This document shows positions 27,796 through 37,475 of a stretch of 64,000 bases of DNA, one piece after another. A program made the position numbers and the translations under genes. The stretch comes from Candidatus Woesearchaeota archaeon (GTDB lineage: Archaea; Nanobdellota; Nanobdellia; SCGC-AAA011-G17; GW2011-AR20): the NCBI GenBank assembly GCA_964359725.1, contig CAYHTT010000001.1:14618-78617 (forward strand), written 5' to 3'. The first letter of the stretch is position 1; every line of letters begins with the position of its first letter. The notes under the pieces are model-generated. The model saw only the letters and a list, made by a program, of their open reading frames with translations. It searched no databases and was not told the origin of the DNA.

Positions 27796-27883
27796 GGGCC
27801 CTTAGCTCAGTCTGGTAGAGCACTTGAATAAAATGGTGAAGCTCTTAACCAAGGGGTCGTGGGTTCAAATCCCATAGGGCCCG
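27796..27883 (+). tRNA. tRNA-Lys(CTT) with a 14-nt non-canonical intron at 30/31 (27827-27840)
   Basis: Acceptor GGGCCCT/AGGGCCC, D-arm GCTC/GAGC, T-loop TTCAAAT; removing AATAAAATGGTGAA gives CTTGG-CTCTTAA-CCAAG. Confidence 0.93.
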
Positions 27884-27929
27884 TGCAATTTTCAAAACTT
27901 TTATATATCATTTAGTTTTATTATTAGCA

Positions 27930-28289
27930 ATGCGTACTATTAATGATTGGGTAAACGAGTTAGCGCATAATAACTATTCTTTAATAATTGTAGAAGGAAA
28001 GAAAGATAAGATCGCATTAAATAAACTTGGAATTGAAAATGTAAATTCTATTAATGAACCAATTTATTTAGTTATTGAAAAATTAGTTAATCACAATAAA
28101 GAAATTATTATATTAACAGATTTAGATAGAGAAGGAAAAAAGATTTACGCAAAATTAAAACATGAATTTCAAAGATATGGTATTAAAATTAATAATAAAT
28201 ATAGAAAATTTTTAATCAAACATACGAAAATTACTCAAATAGAAGGTTTACCAACTTATATTAAAAATAATTTTAAAGAATTTCTTTAA
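27930..28289 (+). CDS. Small TOPRIM-domain protein (RNase M5-like)
   Basis: IIVEGKKD, ILTDLDREG and IEGL motifs. Confidence 0.88.
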   Translation: MRTINDWVNELAHNNYSLIIVEGKKDKIALNKLGIENVNSINEPIYLVIEKLVNHNKEIIILTDLDREGKKIYAKLKHEFQRYGIKINNKYRKFLIKHTKITQIEGLPTYIKNNFKEFL

Positions 28290-28548
28290 TTCTCTCAACG
28301 TATTCAGCAACTTTATTTCCAGTTTCTGTTAACTGTATACTTTTAATTCTTCCATGTTTTTCAAAATTTACTAACTTTGCTTTTTCCATTTCTTGAAGAA
28401 TTTTAACAGCATGAGAATAAGTGCAATCAACTTCCTTCGCTATTACACTCCCATAACGATTTTTATTGCTTCTGCGCAAAGCAACTAATATCATAGCAGG
28501 TTTGTTTCTGAAAAAAACATCAAAGATACTGTCGCGTTTTTTAATCAC
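28273..28548 (-). CDS. Winged-HTH transcriptional regulator
   Basis: IAKEVDCTYSHAVKIL...GRIKSIQLTETG; probable GTG start at 28548 after a GGGGG SD. Confidence 0.8.
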   Translation of the reverse strand: MIKKRDSIFDVFFRNKPAMILVALRRSNKNRYGSVIAKEVDCTYSHAVKILQEMEKAKLVNFEKHGRIKSIQLTETGNKVAEYVERIKEIL

Positions 28549-28671
28549 TTTAATTTCCCCCTTAAAATAACTTGTAGTAATCACCTATATTTAAACCTTT
28601 TCATTGTAAAATATATATTCAAGGAAATAATACCATAATGTTTAAATAACCTTAAAATTTATGAATAATTA

Positions 28672-29952
28672 ATGATAGACATTAATTTAGTTCGCGAGAA
28701 TTCCAATTTAGTTAAGAAAAATTTAGAAAAAAGATTTCAAAAAGATAAAATACCGTGGGTAAATGAGATTCTTACACTAGATAAAAAATGGCGTTCCTTA
28801 AAACAAGATATAGAAAAATTACGTCACGAAAGAAATATTATTTCTGAAAGGATTAATTTATTAAAAAAACAAAATATGCCATACGATAAAGAATTAGAAA
28901 AAGCACAAATTTTACCAAAACAAATTTTTAGATTAGAATCTGAAGGAGATAAAGCAAAAGAAAAAATTGATTATTATTTATTTAATTTGCCAAATATATT
29001 GCACGAGAAAGTTCCTATTGGGGAAGATGCTAGAAAAAATAAAGTTATTAGAAAATTTGGTAAGCCAGAAAAATTTAAATTTGAATTAAAAAGTCATGTA
29101 GAATTATTAGAATTATTAAAATTAGGCGATTTTGAACAAGGTAGAGAAGTTTCTGGACAAGGTTTTAATTATTTAATTGATGAAGTAGCAAAATTAGATT
29201 TGGCATTGCAAAGATATGGTGTTGATTTTTTACTTAAACATAAATTTAAATTAATTATTCCACCGATGATGTTAAGTAAAGAATCATTAGCTGGTGCAAT
29301 TGATGCAAATGTTTTTCAGGATGTTTATAAGATAGAAAATGAAGATTTATATTTAATCGGAACAGCAGAACATTCACTTGTTAATTTTCTTAAAAATAAG
29401 AGTATAAATAAAAAAGATTTACCAATTAAGGTTTGTGCAGTAACATCCTGTTTTAGAAAAGAAGTTGGTGGTCATGGCGTTGATACAAAAGGATTATTTA
29501 GAATGCATCAATTCAATAAAGTAGAGCAAGTCGTTTTTACGACAAAAGAAAATTCTTATAAATTGCTCGAGGAAATGGAAAAAATTACAGAAGATTTTTT
29601 TAAATCATTAAAAATTCCATTCAGAGTAATAGAAATATGTTCGGGTGATTTAGGAGGAAAATTTGCTAGGCAATACGATATTGAAGCCTATTTCCCAAGA
29701 CAAAAAGAGTATAAAGAGGTAACATCAGCAGGTAATTGTACAGATTACCAAGCAAGAAGATTAAATATAAAATATATTGATGGACAAGAAAAATATTATT
29801 GCCATATTTTAAATAATACAATGGTTGCTACATCAAGAGCAATGGTTGCTATACTAGAAAATTATCAACAAAAAAATTATGATATTAAAATACCAAAAGT
29901 TTTACAAAAATATACAGGATTTAAGGTGATAAAATGCCCAAAGACGAAGTAG
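28672..29952 (+). CDS. serS: Serine--tRNA ligase
   Basis: N-terminal coiled coil; LIGTAEH, CFRKEVG...GLFRMHQFNKVEQ, NCTDYQARR and HILNNT motifs. Confidence 0.97.
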   Translation: MIDINLVRENSNLVKKNLEKRFQKDKIPWVNEILTLDKKWRSLKQDIEKLRHERNIISERINLLKKQNMPYDKELEKAQILPKQIFRLESEGDKAKEKIDYYLFNLPNILHEKVPIGEDARKNKVIRKFGKPEKFKFELKSHVELLELLKLGDFEQGREVSGQGFNYLIDEVAKLDLALQRYGVDFLLKHKFKLIIPPMMLSKESLAGAIDANVFQDVYKIENEDLYLIGTAEHSLVNFLKNKSINKKDLPIKVCAVTSCFRKEVGGHGVDTKGLFRMHQFNKVEQVVFTTKENSYKLLEEMEKITEDFFKSLKIPFRVIEICSGDLGGKFARQYDIEAYFPRQKEYKEVTSAGNCTDYQARRLNIKYIDGQEKYYCHILNNTMVATSRAMVAILENYQQKNYDIKIPKVLQKYTGFKVIKCPKTK

Positions 29953-30200
29953 ACAATTATGAAGAAGGTCACGAAGGCATTTATAACGAGAGATTTAGAG
30001 AAGAATTAGAAGAAAATGACGAGATTAGTGAGAAAGAAGAAGGATTTATGGAAGGTTATGACAAAGAAGAAGCTGTAGCAACATGTGCAAAATGTAGAAG
30101 AATATTATTTGATCATAATATCATAGAAGAAGAGATTAACGATAAGCATTATAGATTTTGTTCTCAAGAATGTGCAGATAAATTTATGAAAAAAATTTAG
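29934..30200 (+). CDS. Acidic small protein with a TRASH/YHS-like Cys motif
   Basis: CAKC...YRFCSQECADKF; GGTGA SD. Confidence 0.7.
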   Translation: MPKDEVDNYEEGHEGIYNERFREELEENDEISEKEEGFMEGYDKEEAVATCAKCRRILFDHNIIEEEINDKHYRFCSQECADKFMKKI

Positions 30201-30331
30201 TAAATAGTCGGCAAACATTTCTTACAAATACCTTTTACCAGGCATTTATCACAAACATTTCTTTGACAAAGCCTGCAATTTAATGTAGCAATATTTTGTT
30301 TGCATATTTCGCATCTTTGCATTACTTTCAT
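30197..30331 (-). CDS. 44-aa Cys-rich zinc-finger microprotein
   Basis: Manual translation MKVMQRCEICKQNIATLNCRLCQRNVCDKCLVKGICKKCLPTIY* with four CxxC. Confidence 0.75.
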   Translation of the reverse strand: MKVMQRCEICKQNIATLNCRLCQRNVCDKCLVKGICKKCLPTIY

Positions 30332-30383
30332 TAATTATGTAATGTAATAAAACTTTATAAACCTTATTTACAATAATAAGATT

Positions 30384-30986
30384 ATGAAAATATTAGCAGC
30401 TGGAGATTTACATGGAGATATTGATGCAGCTAGAGCTTTAGCAAAAAAGGCTGAAAAAGAAAATGTTGATTTAGTTGTTTTAGCTGGTGACATAACATCA
30501 GATGATACCTTATTGCCGGGAGTAATAAACCCTTTCTTAGAGAAAAAGAAAAAAGTTTTATTCGTTCCTGGAAATCATGAAAGTTTAGCAACAGCTGATT
30601 TTATAGCAGATTTTTATGGAATAACAAATTTACATGGTTATTCTGTTAAATATGAAAATGTTGGAATATTTGGATGTTCCGGTACAAATATAGGAATAAA
30701 TCAGCTTTCTGAAGATGAAATATTTTATTTACTTAAAAGAGGATTCGAGAAAATTAAAAATACAAAGAAAAAAGTTATGGTAACTCATGTTCATCCAATT
30801 AAAACAAAAATAGCAAAATTCTCTCAATTTGTTCCGGGTTCTACAGGGGTAAATAAAGCATTAAAGAAATTTAAACCAGATATTTTGATTTGTAGTCATG
30901 TGCATGAGGCTTCTGGCATTGAAGAAAAAATAGGAAAAACTAAAATAATAAATGTTGGAACTGAAGGAAAAATTATTGAGATTTAA
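30384..30986 (+). CDS. Calcineurin-like metallophosphoesterase
   Basis: GDLHG, AGD, PGNHE, TH and SHVHE motifs. Confidence 0.92.
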   Translation: MKILAAGDLHGDIDAARALAKKAEKENVDLVVLAGDITSDDTLLPGVINPFLEKKKKVLFVPGNHESLATADFIADFYGITNLHGYSVKYENVGIFGCSGTNIGINQLSEDEIFYLLKRGFEKIKNTKKKVMVTHVHPIKTKIAKFSQFVPGSTGVNKALKKFKPDILICSHVHEASGIEEKIGKTKIINVGTEGKIIEI

Positions 30987-30988
30987 CA

Positions 30989-33052
30989 ATGACTGAAATA
31001 ATAATAAGTGAGAAGCCAGCATCAGCATTGAAAATAGCAACAGCTTTAGCAGACGATAAAGTTGTTAAAAAAAATAATAAAAAAGTTCCTTATTATGAAA
31101 TTACTCATAAAGGTAAGAAAATACTAGTCTTATGTGCAGTTGGTCATCTGTTTGGCTTAAAAGAGACAAATGGAAAAGGATGGATTTATCCTATCTTTGA
31201 TTATGACTGGCAACCTATTTATGAGGTTAATAAAAAAGCAAAATACACTAAAGATTATATTGAAACAATTAAAAAATTATCAAAAGATGCAGATAAATAT
31301 TATAATTTTTGTGATGTAGATACAGAAGGAGAACTAATTTTTAGAAATATTTTAAGATTTATTTGTAAAAAAGAAGATGCAAATAGGGCTTATTTTTCAA
31401 CTCTGACTAAAAATGACTTAGTAAAGGCCTTTGAGAATGTTAAACATCATATCGATTTTGGATTAGCCGAAGCTGGGGAAACTCGTCACATACTTGATTG
31501 GCTTCACGGTATCAACTTATCAAGAGCACTAACGTTAGCAATAAAAGCAGCACAAGGTGGATTTAAGGTTCTGTCTATTGGAAGAGTTCAAGGCCCAACA
31601 TTAAATCTAATTGTTCAAAAGGAAAAAGAAATTTTAGCATTTAAACCAGTTCTATATTGGGAAATTTCATTAACAGGAAAGGTTGATAAGAAAGAAATTA
31701 TTGCATGGCATAAAAATAATGAATTCTGGAAAAAAGAAGATGCAGAAAAAGTCATAAAAAATGTTAAAGGTAAAAAAGCGATTGTTCAAAGTATCAAGGA
31801 ATCTGAATTAAAACAAGCAGCACCATTCCCATTTGACTTAACAACACTACAATTAGAAGCTTATAGGAATTTCGGAATTAATCCTAAAGAAACTTTAGCA
31901 ATTGCTCAAAGTTTATATGTTAATGGATTAATTAGTTATCCTCGTACTAGTTCACAACAAATTCCAGATTCAATTGATATGAAAGAAATATTCACTAAAC
32001 TATTTGATTCAAAGTATAAGGATTTAGTAAAACAATTATTAAAAACGAAATTAATTCCAAATAATGGAAAGAAAACAGATCCTGCGCATCCTGCTATAAT
32101 AATTACTGGAGAAATTCCGGAAAAATTACAAGAACGCGAGAATAAAATTTATGATTTAATTGCCAAAAGAACGTTTGCAACATTTGCAGATCCTGCTAAA
32201 CGTAGATCATTAATAGTCGAAATAAATTGTAATAAAGAAATTTTTATTGCTAAAGGTATCTTAACAACATACCCTGGTTGGCATTTATTTTATTCTCCTT
32301 ATGTTGATCTAAAAGAAATTGAATTACCAAGTTTAGAAAAGGGGCAAGAAATTTTAAATCCTAAATTTGAGTTGTTTGAAAAAGAAACTCAACCACCGAG
32401 ACGTTATTCTCCCGCATCTTTAGTTAAAGAACTCGAATCTAGGCATTTAGGTACAAAAGCCACAAGATCTAATATCATCGATACTTTATATGATAGACAA
32501 TATATAGCAGAACAAAGTATTCGAGCTACAGAATTAGGAATTAAAACTATAGAAACTTTAGAAAAATATTCTCCTGAAATTATTGATGAAAACTTAACTC
32601 GTGAATTTGAAGAAGAAACTGAATTAATTGAAGAAGGAATGAAAACAAAAGAAGAAATCGTTGAGAAAAATAAAAAAATTTTACTTAAGATACTAGAAAA
32701 GTTCAAAAAAAATGAATTAAATATTGGCAAGGAATTAGCAGAAGCAAATAAAGAAACAAGAGATAAAGCAAGTATTGTGGGAAAATGTCATAAATGTAAA
32801 ATTGGAGATTTAAGAATATTATATAATAGAAATAGTAAAAGTTATTTTATTGCATGTAACAAATATCCAGAATGTAAAACTACTTTTTCAATGCCAAAAT
32901 ATGCTTTACCTAAACCAAACGATATATGTAAAGAATGCAATTATCCTAGATTAAAGATGATTAGAAAGGGTAAAAGACCATATGACTTTTGTATAAATCC
33001 AGAATGTCCTTCTAGAAAAAGATATTTAGAGCAGCAAAATAATAATTATTAG
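30989..33052 (+). CDS. topA: DNA topoisomerase I (type IA)
   Basis: SEKP, GHL, D-DTEGE, GRVQGPTL, catalytic ISYPRT, LGTKATR and C-terminal Zn ribbons. Confidence 0.96.
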   Translation: MTEIIISEKPASALKIATALADDKVVKKNNKKVPYYEITHKGKKILVLCAVGHLFGLKETNGKGWIYPIFDYDWQPIYEVNKKAKYTKDYIETIKKLSKDADKYYNFCDVDTEGELIFRNILRFICKKEDANRAYFSTLTKNDLVKAFENVKHHIDFGLAEAGETRHILDWLHGINLSRALTLAIKAAQGGFKVLSIGRVQGPTLNLIVQKEKEILAFKPVLYWEISLTGKVDKKEIIAWHKNNEFWKKEDAEKVIKNVKGKKAIVQSIKESELKQAAPFPFDLTTLQLEAYRNFGINPKETLAIAQSLYVNGLISYPRTSSQQIPDSIDMKEIFTKLFDSKYKDLVKQLLKTKLIPNNGKKTDPAHPAIIITGEIPEKLQERENKIYDLIAKRTFATFADPAKRRSLIVEINCNKEIFIAKGILTTYPGWHLFYSPYVDLKEIELPSLEKGQEILNPKFELFEKETQPPRRYSPASLVKELESRHLGTKATRSNIIDTLYDRQYIAEQSIRATELGIKTIETLEKYSPEIIDENLTREFEEETELIEEGMKTKEEIVEKNKKILLKILEKFKKNELNIGKELAEANKETRDKASIVGKCHKCKIGDLRILYNRNSKSYFIACNKYPECKTTFSMPKYALPKPNDICKECNYPRLKMIRKGKRPYDFCINPECPSRKRYLEQQNNNY

Positions 33053-33816
33053 AAAGCATACTTCATAGCTTCTTGAATATTATTTACTCCAATCACCTTT
33101 AAACCATATTCTTTTTCAAAATACTCTATAACATTAATTTCTTTAGGTACAAATCTTGTACTTGTAATTACTAAATTACCAACTTTTCTCTTAGTTGTTT
33201 GTGGTTCATAATAACGGAATATAGTTTCACCAGCAGGTATTAAATATAATTCAAGATTATTATTAGCAACAGCCTCCCCTTTTTCTATTACTGCTCCTAC
33301 TTGTCCTATCTCACCATTAGGTAAAATTGTTCCCGTAATTCCAATATTTTTTAACTGTTTATTTTGTAAAGCAGCAATAGTTGCAAGAGTCATAGAAGCA
33401 CCAGCACTTGGTCCACCAACAACCGTGCCATTAATATCAAAATCATAAATTATATTTTTATCTTCTAAATTAATTCCTGTAATATTACTAGCAACTAAAG
33501 CAGCTATGTTAGCACTAAATTGTGTATCTGGCTCAAGAAAAGGATTTGTATTAATTAATATTTTACCATTACCTTGTGTAATTTCAACTTCAACTTTACC
33601 AAGTAAACCTTGCCTGTTTTGATCTACAGCTATGACATTAGTAGTCGATTTTAATAATGTGGTATTTATTGGCAAACTAATTCCACTCTTTTCAACTTCT
33701 TTTATTTCATTTTCTTTAATTTCACTTGGTTTATAAAATATTAAAACAGCTAATAAAAATCCTAATAAAAAAGTTAGTACATAAACATGAAATTTATTTC
33801 TTTTCTTTCTTTTCAT
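33049..33816 (-). CDS. Membrane-anchored S16 (Lon-like) serine peptidase without ATPase domain
   Basis: N-terminal TM; DTQ, GPSAG, TGTI-PNG-IG-VG and EK motifs (Ser-Lys dyad). Confidence 0.85.
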   Translation of the reverse strand: MKRKKRNKFHVYVLTFLLGFLLAVLIFYKPSEIKENEIKEVEKSGISLPINTTLLKSTTNVIAVDQNRQGLLGKVEVEITQGNGKILINTNPFLEPDTQFSANIAALVASNITGINLEDKNIIYDFDINGTVVGGPSAGASMTLATIAALQNKQLKNIGITGTILPNGEIGQVGAVIEKGEAVANNNLELYLIPAGETIFRYYEPQTTKRKVGNLVITSTRFVPKEINVIEYFEKEYGLKVIGVNNIQEAMKYAF

Positions 33817-34418
33817 TTTAATATTATTCCTTTGTCCTGAATTTCAAATAAACTTTCTTTATTAACAGGTTTTTCAATAATTAATTTTCTAGGGTCTTTC
33901 TCAAGCCTTATTAAATTATCTGCTAGATTTTTAACCAAGTTACCACCAACCATGCTTATGTCGTCTAATTTAAAGCTTTCATAAACTTGGTTTGTTATTA
34001 AAATAATTGTATTTTTATTATTAAGTTCTTTTAATATTCTAAAATCCTTTTGAACACGTTTATTTGTTACAAAAGATTCTTGTTTCAATTCCATTCTATA
34101 ATACTTTCCTAGACTATCAATAACAACTAATTTAAGATTATTTAAGTTAGCTAATCTTTTAATAGCTTCATGTTGTTGGATAAAATTATTTGCTTTAATT
34201 AATAATATATTTTTTAAGCATTTATCATAATCATCATGAGAAATTTGTTTAAACCTTTCTATTGAAAAACTATTTTCTGTATCTATGAATATTACTTTGC
34301 CTAGTTTAGAATAATTATATACAAGCATTAATGCCAAAGTTGTTTTGCCAGTAGCTGCTTTTCCATAAACTAAATTTATTCCCGAATTAAAATTTATTAA
34401 ACTTAAAATATCATTCAT
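33813..34418 (-). CDS. radB: RadB recombinase paralog
   Basis: YGKAATGKT, FIDTE, VIDS, ITNQV and GG motifs; short RecA fold. Confidence 0.85.
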   Translation of the reverse strand: MNDILSLINFNSGINLVYGKAATGKTTLALMLVYNYSKLGKVIFIDTENSFSIERFKQISHDDYDKCLKNILLIKANNFIQQHEAIKRLANLNNLKLVVIDSLGKYYRMELKQESFVTNKRVQKDFRILKELNNKNTIILITNQVYESFKLDDISMVGGNLVKNLADNLIRLEKDPRKLIIEKPVNKESLFEIQDKGIILK

Positions 34419-34465
34419 TGTAAATAATTAATATAATAGAATTAAAAAACTTACTAAACAAAAGA

Positions 34466-34500
34466 TTTATAAATAAGTGTATATACCCCTTGTATATACA
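34466..34500 (+). promoter_or_regulatory. TATA box followed by tandem GTATATAC palindromes (candidate operator)
   Basis: TTTATAAA (34466-73), then TGTATATAC (34478-86) and TGTATATACA (34491-500). Confidence 0.55.
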
Positions 34501-34515
34501 TAGAGGTTATACAAA

Positions 34516-34887
34516 ATGCCAGACATATTTGAAACAACTATAATATGTGATAATTGTGATAGAAAAACAATAAAGAATCAGTTCTATAAAGAGGGATTTC
34601 GAATTAGAATTTGGGAATGTCCTAATTGCGGTAAGCGTTGGTATCATCCAGAAGATAAGCAAGATTACGAAGATTTTCACCAACTAAAGCAAAAACAATT
34701 TCAAGTTAAGTTGAGAATGGTTGGTAACTCATATACTGTTTCAATACCTCGCGAGATTATAGATTTTGAAGAAGAATTTAATCGTGAGTTTAATAAACTA
34801 TTAAATTTAACATTAGAAGAACCAGGTAAAGTTTCAATATTTTTCAATAAGAGAATTAGAAAGATTTTTAATAATAAGGAACAATAA
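34516..34887 (+). CDS. Zn-ribbon plus AbrB/MazE-type DNA-binding protein
   Basis: CDNC...CPNC, then KLRMVGNSYTVSIPREI AbrB signature. Confidence 0.85.
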   Translation: MPDIFETTIICDNCDRKTIKNQFYKEGFRIRIWECPNCGKRWYHPEDKQDYEDFHQLKQKQFQVKLRMVGNSYTVSIPREIIDFEEEFNREFNKLLNLTLEEPGKVSIFFNKRIRKIFNNKEQ

Positions 34888-34902
34888 AATAGAAGTATTA
34901 AA

Positions 34903-37200
34903 ATGGCAATGAAAGAAGTTAAAGAAACCAAGCTAAAAGTAATGGAAGCTTTGCAAGAAGAAGCTTACAATGGAATAATTAGAATAGATACCGAGACAAT
35001 GAGAAAGCTTGGGGTGCATCCTGGTGATGTGGTTGAGATTATGGGTGGAAGAACAACAGTTGGAATAGCAGATAGAGCTTATCCTTCTGATATTGGTCAA
35101 GAAATAATTAGAATGGATGGTATTATTAGAAGAAACGCAAAAACTTCTATAGGTGAATATATTATATTAAGAAAAGCTGATATAAAAGAGGCTAAAACAG
35201 TTACAATTGCTCCTGCTCAGAAAGGTGTAATGATTAAAGCTGATCCTCGAATATTTAAACGCGGTTTACTTGGAAGAGCTGTTTTAAAAGGAGATATTAT
35301 CGTACCAGGTGGAACTCGCTCAAGACATAGAACAATGTCTGATCATCCTTTCTTTGAAGAAATATTTACTAACTTGTTTGAGGAAAGTTTTACAGCAGGG
35401 TTTAACTTAAGAGGATTAAGATTTATTGTTGTTAATACAAATCCAAAAGATGCTCCCGCAATCATAACAGAAAATACTGAATTAATTTTGAATTCTAAAG
35501 CTGTTGAAGTTATTGAAGAAAGAATCCCAGAAGTAACTTATGAAGATATAGGTGGATTAAGTGAAGAAATCGCAAAGATAAGAGAAATGGTTGAATTACC
35601 ATTAAAACATCCTAATTTATTTTTGAGATTAGGAATTGATCCACCAAAAGGAGTTTTATTACACGGACCTCCTGGAACAGGCAAAACATTATTAGCAAAA
35701 GCTGTTGCAAATGAATCAGAAGCTAATTTCATTTTAGTTAATGGTCCTGAAATTATGAATAAGTTTTATGGTGAATCAGAAAAAAGAATTCGCGATATAT
35801 TTGAAGAAGGTGAGAAAAACGCTCCAAGTATAATTTTTATAGATGAAATAGATGCTATTGCACCAAAAAGAGATGAAAGTTATGGTGAATTAGAAAGAAG
35901 AGTTGTTTCACAATTATTAACAATGATGGATGGATTAAAAAGCAGAGGTAAAGTAATTGTTATTGGTGCAACAAACAGACCAAATGCAGTTGATCCAGCT
36001 TTACGTAGACCTGGAAGATTTGATCGTGAAATTATTATTGGGGTTCCGAACAAAAAAGGCAGATTAAATATTTTAAAAATCCACACAAGACATATGCCAT
36101 TAGCAAAAGATGTTAACTTAGCTAAATTAGCAGAAATTACACACGGTTTTGTTGGAGCAGATGCAGCTGCATTATGTAGAGAAGCTGCTATGAGTGTACT
36201 AAGGAGAATATTACCGCAAATTAAACTTGATGAAAAAGAAGATATTCCCGAAGAGGTTTTACAGAAACTTACTGTTACCGATTATGACTTTCAAGAAGCA
36301 TTAAAATTAGTAAGACCTAGTGCAATGAGAGAAGTATTAATTGAAACACCAAATGTTAAATGGGAAGATATTGGTGGATTAGAACAAATAAAACAAGAAC
36401 TTAAAGAAGCTGTAGAATGGCCATTAAAGAATCCAGCCGCGTTTAAAAGATTAGGTATAAGGCCACCAAGAGGATTATTACTTTATGGACCTCCTGGAAC
36501 AGGCAAAACATTATTAGCAAAAGCTGTTGCAAATGAATCAGAAGCTAATTTCATTTTAGTTAATGGTCCTGAATTAATAAACAAATGGGTTGGCGAGAGT
36601 TCTCGCGGTATTAGAAAAATATTTGAAAAAGCTAGGCAAGCATCTCCAACAATAATATTCTTTGATGAGCTTGATTCAATTGCATCTAGACGTGGGACAG
36701 AAATGGGTGTAAAAGTAGTTGATCAAATGGTTAATACATTATTAGCTGAAATGGACGGATTACAAGAATTAAATGACGTTGTTGTTATTGCAGCTACAAA
36801 TAGACCAGATATTTTAGACCCGGGTTTATTACGTCCTGGAAGATTTGATCGCTTATTGTTAATACTACCACCAAATAAACAAGCTAGATTAGAGATTTTA
36901 AAGATTCATACAAAAAACATGCCTCTTGCAAAAGATGTTGATTTAAATGTGCTAGCTGAAAAAACAGAAGGTTATGTTGGATCTGACATAGAAGGTGGTT
37001 GCAGAGAAGCAGGATTACTGGCATTACGTGAAGATATTAAAACAAACGAAGTTAAAAAGAAACATTTTGAAGAAGCTTTAGTGAAAATACAAGCTTCAAT
37101 ATCACCAGAAACAATGGAGCGCTATAAAGAGATAGAGGAAACATACTTAAAGAATGCGAGAGCAGGATTAGTTAAAGAAGTTCCTAGTTACTTTGGCTAA
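34903..37200 (+). CDS. cdc48: CDC48/VAT AAA+ ATPase
   Basis: N-domain plus two AAA modules (GPPGTGKT x2, DEID/DELD, RPGRFDR x2) and a C-terminal YFG tail. Confidence 0.97.
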   Translation: MAMKEVKETKLKVMEALQEEAYNGIIRIDTETMRKLGVHPGDVVEIMGGRTTVGIADRAYPSDIGQEIIRMDGIIRRNAKTSIGEYIILRKADIKEAKTVTIAPAQKGVMIKADPRIFKRGLLGRAVLKGDIIVPGGTRSRHRTMSDHPFFEEIFTNLFEESFTAGFNLRGLRFIVVNTNPKDAPAIITENTELILNSKAVEVIEERIPEVTYEDIGGLSEEIAKIREMVELPLKHPNLFLRLGIDPPKGVLLHGPPGTGKTLLAKAVANESEANFILVNGPEIMNKFYGESEKRIRDIFEEGEKNAPSIIFIDEIDAIAPKRDESYGELERRVVSQLLTMMDGLKSRGKVIVIGATNRPNAVDPALRRPGRFDREIIIGVPNKKGRLNILKIHTRHMPLAKDVNLAKLAEITHGFVGADAAALCREAAMSVLRRILPQIKLDEKEDIPEEVLQKLTVTDYDFQEALKLVRPSAMREVLIETPNVKWEDIGGLEQIKQELKEAVEWPLKNPAAFKRLGIRPPRGLLLYGPPGTGKTLLAKAVANESEANFILVNGPELINKWVGESSRGIRKIFEKARQASPTIIFFDELDSIASRRGTEMGVKVVDQMVNTLLAEMDGLQELNDVVVIAATNRPDILDPGLLRPGRFDRLLLILPPNKQARLEILKIHTKNMPLAKDVDLNVLAEKTEGYVGSDIEGGCREAGLLALREDIKTNEVKKKHFEEALVKIQASISPETMERYKEIEETYLKNARAGLVKEVPSYFG
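35665..36573 (+). repeat. 87-nt exact direct repeat between the D1 and D2 domains of cdc48
   Basis: 35665-35751 is identical to 36487-36573 (GGACCTCCTGGAACAGGC...AATGGTCCTGAA). Confidence 0.9.
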
Positions 37201-37475
37201 ATTTTATTTTTCCTTTTAATTTTATTATAAATGAAAATTATTAGACAAGAGATTAAATACCAGAATATTATATCAACAAAAAAATTCAAAACTGAGAATG
37301 GCGGAGCAACTTCAGACATTTCAAATCCAGTGCTAACAAAACTCTTTATTGGCCAAAAATATAACGGCCATCCACCATACCCATATGTTAGATTACTAGA
37401 AAACCAGGTCGAAATAATTATCAATATAAAGAATAAGATAACTTTTACAATTGTTGGTTTCAAAAATTCTTTCAT
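37197..37475 (-). CDS. Small two-TM membrane protein
   Basis: MKEFLKPT..K + TM...GWP...TM with WYLISC. Confidence 0.65.
   Translation of the reverse strand: MKEFLKPTIVKVILFFILIIISTWFSSNLTYGYGGWPLYFWPIKSFVSTGFEMSEVAPPFSVLNFFVDIIFWYLISCLIIFIYNKIKRKNKI

Noticed and set aside
25565..27883. Provirus or integrative element inserted at tRNA-Lys by the tyrosine recombinase
   Set aside because: No duplicated tRNA 3' end (att site) seen and no capsid, terminase or replication genes; the recombinase looks like housekeeping XerA.
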